Assembly (NCBI GenBank): GCA_964472755.1
Contig: CAYYMF010000001.1
Location: forward strand, 2,381-66,380
Direction: 5' to 3'
DNA: 64,000 bases
From: an uncultured Chitinophagales bacterium
GTDB taxonomy: Bacteria > Bacteroidota > Bacteroidia > Chitinophagales > JADIYW01
In this document: positions 56,951-64,000 of the stretch, piece by piece
How positions within the stretch are numbered: position 1 is the stretch's first letter
How the letters are laid out: each line of letters starts with the position of its first letter
The notes under the pieces: model-generated
The model's input: only the letters and a program-made list of their open reading frames with translations
The model's database searches: none
What the model was told of the DNA's origin: nothing
Position numbers and translations under genes: made by a program

Positions 56951-57724
56951 TTACTCCTCAACAATAGAAACCTTCAACATTCTAATATCATTAAAAGGAC
57001 GGTCATAAGGATCACGAGGTGCAGAAATAATTTTGTCCACAATATCTTGTCCTTCTACTGTTTGACCAAATACGGTATATTGCATATCTAACATTGGTGT
57101 GCCGCCAATTGTCTTGTAAATTTCTGTTTGTGCTTCAGTCCATGAATTTCCAGTTCTTGAACCTAAAATATTTAATTCATTATCCGTATAAGTTTTGCCT
57201 ACAACAATATAAAATTGTGTGCTTGAAGAAGCTTTTTGTGGATTGCCATCACGAGCAGCTGCTAAAGCTCCTTTTTGATGAATGATATTTGGAAATAATT
57301 CAGCGGGAACTCTATAATCTAATCCGCCACTTCCTAAACGTTGCCCAGGAACGGCATTTTTAGATAAAGGATCTCCACCTTGAATCATAAATTCTGGGAT
57401 TACTCTGTGGAATAAAGTGCTATCTAAAACGCCATCTTGCACAATTTTTATAAAATTAGCTTTGTGTAAAGGTGTTTCATTAAATAGTTTTATTTTAATG
57501 TTTCCGACTGTTGTTTCGATAACAACATAAGTTGTTTCTGGGGTACTAATTTTTGGTTCCATTTTTTCTACAATTGTATCTAATGTTATTATTGCTTGTT
57601 TAGTTGTTTCTTTTACCGTTTCTAATTTAGCAGTAGATTTTTTCTTTTTTGATTTTTTTTCCTTAGCGACTGCTAACCCTGAACAAAATAAAAGTGCGAG
57701 GATAAGTAAAATTGTTTTTTGCAT
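56951..57724 (-). CDS. Cyclophilin-type peptidyl-prolyl cis-trans isomerase (secreted)
   Basis: Signal peptide and FHRVIPEFMIQGGDP. Confidence 0.93.
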   Translation of the reverse strand: MQKTILLILALLFCSGLAVAKEKKSKKKKSTAKLETVKETTKQAIITLDTIVEKMEPKISTPETTYVVIETTVGNIKIKLFNETPLHKANFIKIVQDGVLDSTLFHRVIPEFMIQGGDPLSKNAVPGQRLGSGGLDYRVPAELFPNIIHQKGALAAARDGNPQKASSSTQFYIVVGKTYTDNELNILGSRTGNSWTEAQTEIYKTIGGTPMLDMQYTVFGQTVEGQDIVDKIISAPRDPYDRPFNDIRMLKVSIVEE

Positions 57725-57749
57725 ATTCTTTATATTTTTAATTAGTCAA

Positions 57750-58106
57750 TTATAACTTTTTAATGTATTGAATAATCATTTTTTTTAAGAGCATTTCTTG
57801 TTGTTCGTGGGTTAATTTCTCTTTGTTTCTGTTGTATTCATAATGTGGCCAACCATCTTCATCAATACCTTTGAAAGTATAATAATCTGCAAGACTTAAT
57901 AATGCACACACACCGACATGTATCACATCTTGTTTTTGTTCTTTGGATAGTTTGACTAAATTTTGTCCAATTTCCCGATGGCCGATGATGAACAACATAT
58001 TCGTTAAATCAGGAATTTTATCAAAACGATTTTCAAAAAAATCAGTTACTTCCTTCCAATCTTCTATACTAAAATCTAATATTTCACTATTCGCTTCTTC
58101 ACTCAT
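57750..58106 (-). CDS. Hypothetical cytoplasmic protein
   Basis: 118-aa ORF with no motif I recognise. Compact spacing with its neighbours. Confidence 0.55.
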   Translation of the reverse strand: MSEEANSEILDFSIEDWKEVTDFFENRFDKIPDLTNMLFIIGHREIGQNLVKLSKEQKQDVIHVGVCALLSLADYYTFKGIDEDGWPHYEYNRNKEKLTHEQQEMLLKKMIIQYIKKL

Positions 58107-58131
58107 TTCTATACCAAATATTTATAAATTA

Positions 58132-58162
58132 AATTGTCTAAGCCATGAATGCTTAGACAATT
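58132..58162 (-). terminator. Hairpin downstream of clpC
   Basis: 12-bp stem aattgtctaagc / gcttagacaatt with loop catgaat. T-rich sequence follows on the minus strand. Confidence 0.6.
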
Positions 58163-58176
58163 TATTTGTTTAAAAA

Positions 58177-60744
58177 TTACTTTTCTTCCTTAATTTGTTT
58201 TTTCTTTTTGGATTTAACACTGAAAGTCAATTTTTCTTTGTCTTCTTTGTCCGTATCAACTAGAATAGTATCGCCATTTTGAATTTTATTTTGAAGAATT
58301 TCTTCTGCTAATGGATCTTCAACATATTTCTGTATTGCACGATGTAAAGGTCTTGCTCCAAATTGTGGATCGTAGCCCTTTTCTGAAATAAAATCTTTAG
58401 CTTCAGTTGTCAATTCAATATTAAATCCAAGTTGGTTCAATCTGTTGTACACACTAGCCAAAACAATATCAATTATTTGATAAATATGTTCTTTTTGTAA
58501 GCTATTAAAGACGACAACATCATCAATACGATTTAAAAATTCAGGAGAGAATGTTTTTTGTAAGGCTTTTTGAATGACACCACGAGTCAAACTATCTTGA
58601 TTTTCTTTGATAGTGTTTGTAGCAAAACCAACGCCAGTACCAAAATCTTTCAATTGTCGAACACCAATATTTGAAGTCATAATGATAATTGCATTTTTGA
58701 AATCTACCTTTCTGCCTAAACCATCAGTCAATTGTCCATCATCTAAAACTTGTAATAAAATATTGTAAACATCAGGGTGTGCTTTCTCAATTTCATCTAA
58801 TAAGATAACAGAATATGGTTTTCTACGAACTTTTTCGGTTAATTGTCCACCTTCTTCATAACCAACATATCCAGGAGGAGCACCAATTAACCTTGAAACG
58901 GAGAATTTTTCCATGTATTCACTCATGTCAATTCTGATAAGTGATTCTTCCGTATCAAACATATATCTTGCTAATGCTCTAGCCAACTCTGTTTTTCCAA
59001 CACCAGTTGGTCCTAAGAAAATAAAAGAACCAATAGGCTTTTTAGGATCTTTTAATCCAACTCTATTCCTTTGAATCGCTTTTGTAATTTTAGCAACTGC
59101 TTCATCTTGTCCAATAACTTGTTTTTTCAAATCATCAGCCATTTGAGTTAATTTTTTACTTTCACTCTCAGCCACACGCTTTACAGGAATACCAGTAATC
59201 ATAGCAACTACTTCTGCAATATCTTCTTCTGTAATTGGATAGCGTTTTGTTTTTACATCTTCCTCCCATTCCACTTTAGCAACTTCTAATTGCTCTTGGA
59301 GTTTCTTTTCAGAATCCCTTAATCTAGCTGCTTCTTCATATCTTTGATTTTTTACCACTTGATTTTTTTCGTCTTTGACTTTTTCAATCTCTGCTTCTAA
59401 ATCTGTAATGGTTGTTGGAACGTGAATGTTTTTCAAATGCACTCTCGCACCGACTTCATCTAAAATATCAATAGCTTTATCAGGCAAAAATCTATCAGTA
59501 ATATATCTTGTACTTAATTGTACACAAGCTTTAATAGCAGCTTCGTCATACGCCACATTATGATATGCCTCGTATTTGTCTTTCAAGTTTGTTAGAATTG
59601 TGATGGTCTCTTCAGGAGAAGGTGGATCTACGATTACTTTTTGAAAACGTCTATCTAATGCACCATCTTTTTCGATATATTGTCTATATTCATCTAAAGT
59701 AGAAGCTCCGATACATTGTAATTCTCCACGGGACAATGCAGGTTTGAAAATATTTGAGGCATCTAAAGAGCCAGTTGCACCACCAGCACCCACCATCGTA
59801 TGAATTTCATCTATGAAAAGAATGACATCTCTGTTTTTTTCTAATTCAGTCATGATAGCTTTCATTCTTTCTTCAAACTGACCTCTGTATTTTGTACCAG
59901 CAACTAAAGCTGCCAAATCTAAAGAAACCACTCTTTTATTGAATAAAACTCTGGATACTTTTCTTTGAACAATTCTCAAGGCTAAACCTTCGACAATGGC
60001 AGTTTTTCCAACACCAGGTTCGCCAATTAAAATAGGATTGTTTTTCTTTCTTCGAGATAAAATTTGTGATACCCTTTCAATTTCTCGTTCTCTTCCGACA
60101 ATTGGGTCTAACTTTCCTTCTTCCGCCATTTTAGTAATATCTCTACCAAAATTATCTAAAACAGGCGTGTTTGATTTTGCGGAAGACTTTTTGGCAGTTC
60201 CACTTTGACCACCTTGATTACCAAAATTTTGTAATTTTTCTTCATCATCGTCATCAAATGGTTCATTTGGCAACTCGAAAGAAATCTCATCTGGACTTTT
60301 ATCGTTCATAAAAAACTCTAATTCAGCTTTGAAAATTTCATAAGTTACATCCCATTTATTTAATAATTGTGTTGCAATATTATCTTTATTTCTTAGGATT
60401 GCCAAAAGAAGGTGTTCTGTAGAAATCAAATCTTGTTGCATAGACTTTGCTTCTAATAAAGTAATTTTTAGCACCTTTTCTGCTTGCTTTGTAAAAGCAA
60501 CACTAGCAGTATTTGCAGGCATTACAGTTACTTTGTCTCTTATTGCATCTTCTATTTTTCTTTTTAATAGAGAAGAATCTATTTGTAAGGAATGCAACAC
60601 TTTTAGAGCCAAGCCATTTCCATCTCTTATTAAGCCTAATAAAAGATGCTCAATACCGATTTGATCATGTCGTAGCCTTAATGCTTCTTCCTTGCCGTAA
60701 GAAATCACATCTTTTAATTCTTGTGAAAATTTATTTGCTTCCAT
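58177..60744 (-). CDS. clpC: ATP-dependent Clp protease ATP-binding subunit ClpC (class I AAA+)
   Basis: Clp_N repeats, Walker A GEPGVGKT and GPTGVGKT, and a UVR-like linker (..NQRYEEAARLRDSEKKLQEQL..). Confidence 0.93.
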   Translation of the reverse strand: MEANKFSQELKDVISYGKEEALRLRHDQIGIEHLLLGLIRDGNGLALKVLHSLQIDSSLLKRKIEDAIRDKVTVMPANTASVAFTKQAEKVLKITLLEAKSMQQDLISTEHLLLAILRNKDNIATQLLNKWDVTYEIFKAELEFFMNDKSPDEISFELPNEPFDDDDEEKLQNFGNQGGQSGTAKKSSAKSNTPVLDNFGRDITKMAEEGKLDPIVGREREIERVSQILSRRKKNNPILIGEPGVGKTAIVEGLALRIVQRKVSRVLFNKRVVSLDLAALVAGTKYRGQFEERMKAIMTELEKNRDVILFIDEIHTMVGAGGATGSLDASNIFKPALSRGELQCIGASTLDEYRQYIEKDGALDRRFQKVIVDPPSPEETITILTNLKDKYEAYHNVAYDEAAIKACVQLSTRYITDRFLPDKAIDILDEVGARVHLKNIHVPTTITDLEAEIEKVKDEKNQVVKNQRYEEAARLRDSEKKLQEQLEVAKVEWEEDVKTKRYPITEEDIAEVVAMITGIPVKRVAESESKKLTQMADDLKKQVIGQDEAVAKITKAIQRNRVGLKDPKKPIGSFIFLGPTGVGKTELARALARYMFDTEESLIRIDMSEYMEKFSVSRLIGAPPGYVGYEEGGQLTEKVRRKPYSVILLDEIEKAHPDVYNILLQVLDDGQLTDGLGRKVDFKNAIIIMTSNIGVRQLKDFGTGVGFATNTIKENQDSLTRGVIQKALQKTFSPEFLNRIDDVVVFNSLQKEHIYQIIDIVLASVYNRLNQLGFNIELTTEAKDFISEKGYDPQFGARPLHRAIQKYVEDPLAEEILQNKIQNGDTILVDTDKEDKEKLTFSVKSKKKKQIKEEK

Positions 60745-60765
60745 ATATATTTATATTCAAATATT

Positions 60766-60788
60766 TTGCCATTAATTATTAATGACAA
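60766..60788. promoter_or_regulatory. Near-perfect 23-nt palindrome 22 nt upstream of the clpC start
   Basis: ttgccattaat-t-attaatgacaa. The arms match at 10 of 11 positions. Confidence 0.35.
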
Positions 60789-60927
60789 AATGTAACTTAC
60801 GAATTTATATAAAAATAGTTTGTTTTTATGAAAATAAATACAAAATTGCAATTATTAACAAGTCTATATTAAAATAGAACATAATTATCTAGGAAGTATA
60901 TTGATTAAATAATCAATAGAAATATGC

Positions 60928-62235
60928 TTACCAATTCAATCCGATATAATTTTCTAGATTTTCGGCTGCTTTTACACGAACCAAATCAATAACGGCTTTC
61001 TTTTTGGATAAAGCTTGTAAATGTTCTTCTATTGAGATATTTCTGTGATTAATTACAACGATGTCAGCATGTTCGATAGCTTCAGCTAAATTATCAGTAA
61101 TCAAAACAGAGAGATGTGGTAAAGCTTCATCAATATAGGATTTATTAGAACCTATTAATTTTGCAATATGAACATTTTTATCATAAATTTTTAAGCTATA
61201 ACCTTTTCCTAACAATTTTTCTGCTAAATCAACTGATGGACTAAAACGTAAATCATCTGTTCCTTCTTTAAATGCTAAGCCTAAAAAGGCAATTTTTTTA
61301 GTATGTTGAGCAGCAATTAAATCATAGGCGATTTTCTTTTGATTTTCATTCGAGGCATCAATATGAGAAAGCATTGGTATATTGATAAAATTATCTTTCC
61401 CCAAAGTTACCATTCCAGATAAATCTTTTGGCAAACACGAGCCTCCATAAGCAAAACCAGGTTTGAAATAAGTAGGTGAAATATTCAAATGGGTATCTTT
61501 GCAAAATAATTCCATTACCTTATGAGAGTCTATACCTAATGCTTTGGAAATGTTTCCTACTTCATTGGCAAAAGTAACTTTTAAGGCATGAAATGAATTG
61601 TTGACATATTTGATGATTTCAGCAACACGGATATCAACGATTTCGATTGGAGCAGGCAATTCTTTATACAAAGCAGCAACTTTTTCTAATGCGATATCGC
61701 TATCGCCACCTAATACTGTGATTGATGGATGATAATAATCTTTTACAGCAGTTCCTTCTCTTAAAAATTCAGGATTCGAAACGACTGAAAAGTCTTGATT
61801 TCTTTTCTTGTCAGAATATTGTTCAATAATTTCTCCAACTTTTTCATTCGTGCCAGGTAATACTGTACTTCTAATGACCACTGAATGAAAAGTATTTTTA
61901 TTTTTTAGAGCAGTACCAATTTGCTCAGCAACTTTGTAAATAAAATCTAAGTTTAAATTGCCTCTTTTAGAGGAAGGCGTTCCAACACAGATAATACTAA
62001 TTTCAGAATTAGAAACGGCATCTTTCGCATCGTTGGTTGCTCTGATTTTGCCATTTTTAAACTCTTCTGCGATTATCGTGTCAATATCCTTTTCAACGAT
62101 AGTTGGCAAACCTTTATTGATTAAATCTACTTTTTGTTGGTGTACATCTACACCAATTACCTGATGTCCGTTTTTTGCTAAACAGCCTAAGCTTACACAT
62201 CCAACATAGCCTAGTCCAAAAATTGAAATTTCCAT
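60928..62235 (-). CDS. GDP-mannose 6-dehydrogenase-type nucleotide-sugar dehydrogenase (AlgD-like)
   Basis: Collinear with AlgD as I remember it: M.ISIFGLGYVG...VIGVDV...K(I/V)DLIN.G..PIVE, ICVGTPS, VVIRSTVLPGT, NPEFLREGTA(I/V)KDY, GGSCLPKD, GL(S/A)FK.GTDDLR.SP. Same length class (435 aa). Confidence 0.75.
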   Translation of the reverse strand: MEISIFGLGYVGCVSLGCLAKNGHQVIGVDVHQQKVDLINKGLPTIVEKDIDTIIAEEFKNGKIRATNDAKDAVSNSEISIICVGTPSSKRGNLNLDFIYKVAEQIGTALKNKNTFHSVVIRSTVLPGTNEKVGEIIEQYSDKKRNQDFSVVSNPEFLREGTAVKDYYHPSITVLGGDSDIALEKVAALYKELPAPIEIVDIRVAEIIKYVNNSFHALKVTFANEVGNISKALGIDSHKVMELFCKDTHLNISPTYFKPGFAYGGSCLPKDLSGMVTLGKDNFINIPMLSHIDASNENQKKIAYDLIAAQHTKKIAFLGLAFKEGTDDLRFSPSVDLAEKLLGKGYSLKIYDKNVHIAKLIGSNKSYIDEALPHLSVLITDNLAEAIEHADIVVINHRNISIEEHLQALSKKKAVIDLVRVKAAENLENYIGLNW

Positions 62236-62243
62236 TGTTTTAT

Positions 62244-64000
62244 TTAATTGATTTTTATGTTTCCTTGTCCGTATTTGTCTAATATTATTTTATATGTTTT
62301 TCGCTTAATTTTTAAAGTTATAGACGAAGATGTTAATGTGGGTTCAGTTACAAATATAGTATTATTTTTATAGATAAATAATATCGGCTTAGTAACTTTG
62401 ATAACTTTTTTTAGTGAAGGAATCTTAATTTCTTGATTTGGATTAAAAATAGTACCACAATAAGCATCTTCATTATTTAGATAAATCATTTGAATATCGT
62501 TGTTATTGTAAACGATAGAATATAAGTTGGATTTATAAGGATTTTCTGCCGCAGTTTTGGCATAGACAATAGCATACGAAGTAGCTTGGTTTTGTTGGTT
62601 TATTGTTGCTGTAAAAATTGCTAGTGAGTCAATATTTTTCTCTTTCTTATAGCTCTTAGAAATAGTTCCCCAATCGTTAGCTCTATTTTCTATAGTATAT
62701 TGAATGGTATTTGCATTTGGTGAGCAATAAATTAAATTATCGTGGTATAAATAATCGCCATTATTAAGCGTAACAGTACTTTTTTGAAGTGCCATTTTTT
62801 GATTGTTTATAAAAACACCATTTCTAAATCTCGTTTGATTTAAAGAAGTCGTAATCGGTTTATTGAGTGTATTTTTTGGTGCAGCAATCAAGCAGATTAA
62901 TTTATCTTGTTGTACAATCCAAGTTTTATTAAGTTGAGTAATTTTTGATTTATTTTTATCTAGATAATCAAATGTCATGTTTGCTACTATCATATTCCCA
63001 AACTTTGCAACACCTGTATTGGAAGTTCTTGAAATATTATCTGTTCCTTCAATATATGAAAAGCCTGGTAATAAATTCCAATCAAAAGCACCCAAAATAT
63101 TAGAATACTCAATGGCATCTTTGATGATAAAATGATTGCCAAAATGTAAGAATTTTCCGAGTAAGTTTTCAGAATTGATACTTTCAGTAGGTAAGTTTCT
63201 ATCGGATAATACCTTTATAAAAAAAGAGGCATTGGAAGAATGAGCGACTGCAATTTCTGAATAAGGAAAACTTTTTACACCAACTAAATTAAAGTTTTTA
63301 ATATTATTTTGTTGCTCGATTATTTTTTGATAATCTAAAACATATAAAGTATCTATCTTTTTAAATCGTTCTAATGTTTCTATAATTTGTGGTGCTTTTA
63401 AGGCACCTTTTCTAGAACTAGATCTATCCATTGTACTTGGTACAGTATAACTTCCTCTTGCTAACCATTGCCAACTTTCTAAGATAAAATTTCTTAGAAT
63501 GGCTATTTTATTATCTGAAAAACGATAAGGCGTTTGGTTTAACAATTCAAAAACATCCACACAACTTTCTAAAAGCCCTTTGCCATAAGCATATTCTTGA
63601 ATACGTGCTTTATGAAATCGATAGGTATAATCTGCTTGCAATCCCTCCACATCGTTGGAAATATAAATCTCATTATTGATTAATTCTTTAGCATTATTGA
63701 TTAAAGTTGTGTCATTAAAATACAAAGCATATTTTAATTGAATTGTAGCTAAATAAACTCTATTAACATAAGTTCTCTTTTCTGGATAAAGGGCATCTAG
63801 TTTTTTAAGTATATTATTATAGTTTGATGGTGTTATATTTGTACCTACTGCCACCAAAATATCCACCAAGTGATTTTTGGCAGTAATATCATTTACAAAC
63901 CAATTTGGACAAGTATAATCTTCTTGAAACCATTTTTCTAATCCAAGATTAATAACCTCTAAATATTTTTTATTTTTATTTTTGGAGTAATCAATAGCTA
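62244..64000 (-). CDS. Polysaccharide lyase family 8-like protein (N-terminus outside the window)
   Basis: The frame stays open past the ORF-track TTG at 63869 to the window edge (...CPNWFVNDITAKNHLVDILVAV...). PL8-like blocks are NW..N.I, GLQADYTYRFH..RIQEYAYGKG, TGVAKFGNMIVANM and NKTWIVQQDKLICLIAAP. Confidence 0.55.
   Translation of the reverse strand, partial: AIDYSKNKNKKYLEVINLGLEKWFQEDYTCPNWFVNDITAKNHLVDILVAVGTNITPSNYNNILKKLDALYPEKRTYVNRVYLATIQLKYALYFNDTTLINNAKELINNEIYISNDVEGLQADYTYRFHKARIQEYAYGKGLLESCVDVFELLNQTPYRFSDNKIAILRNFILESWQWLARGSYTVPSTMDRSSSRKGALKAPQIIETLERFKKIDTLYVLDYQKIIEQQNNIKNFNLVGVKSFPYSEIAVAHSSNASFFIKVLSDRNLPTESINSENLLGKFLHFGNHFIIKDAIEYSNILGAFDWNLLPGFSYIEGTDNISRTSNTGVAKFGNMIVANMTFDYLDKNKSKITQLNKTWIVQQDKLICLIAAPKNTLNKPITTSLNQTRFRNGVFINNQKMALQKSTVTLNNGDYLYHDNLIYCSPNANTIQYTIENRANDWGTISKSYKKEKNIDSLAIFTATINQQNQATSYAIVYAKTAAENPYKSNLYSIVYNNNDIQMIYLNNEDAYCGTIFNPNQEIKIPSLKKVIKVTKPILFIYKNNTIFVTEPTLTSSSITLKIKRKTYKIILDKYGQGNIKIN

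Overview
The window is low-GC DNA (roughly 30% by eye). It looks like Bacteroidota, probably a Flavobacteriia-type chromosome. This assignment is an inference from four things: TAnnTTTG '-7' boxes in front of many genes, an atpBEFHAG operon without atpDC, a Rho with a long N-terminal insertion, and Bacteroidota-style intergenic repeats.

Most of the window is housekeeping. It contains cysC-cysD-cysN, an S41 peptidase, yicC, a partial his operon (hisA-hisF ... hisIE) and the F-type ATPase operon. It also contains acetoacetyl-CoA synthetase, tcdA, rho, a rhomboid protease, an acyl-CoA ligase and SRP RNA. The remainder is yajC-coaE-trxB, galE/rfbA, an OmpR-type two-component system, a class-III aminotransferase, a cyclophilin, clpC and one tRNA-Ser(UGA).

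Three patches look accessory.
1. Bases 1-8700 hold two YhcG/DUF1016 nuclease genes (one heavily decayed), an O-acyltransferase and a GtrB-like GT2 + GT4 + unknown membrane protein trio. They also hold an IS5-family transposase remnant and a frameshifted VanX-type dipeptidase.
2. Bases 44000-51900 are the most unusual locus. A MITE-like element is followed by three GT-C-like polytopic membrane proteins, two of which are tandem paralogs of an apparently uncharacterised family. After them come a Wzy/O-antigen-ligase-like protein and a clan GH-A lipoprotein. No cytoplasmic glycosyltransferase, flippase or initiating transferase is present.
3. Bases 60900-64000 pair an AlgD-type GDP-mannose 6-dehydrogenase with a PL8-like polysaccharide lyase.

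I saw no CRISPR array, prophage, recognisable defence system or rRNA. All homology statements come from motif recognition by eye and need confirmation by profile or structure searches.
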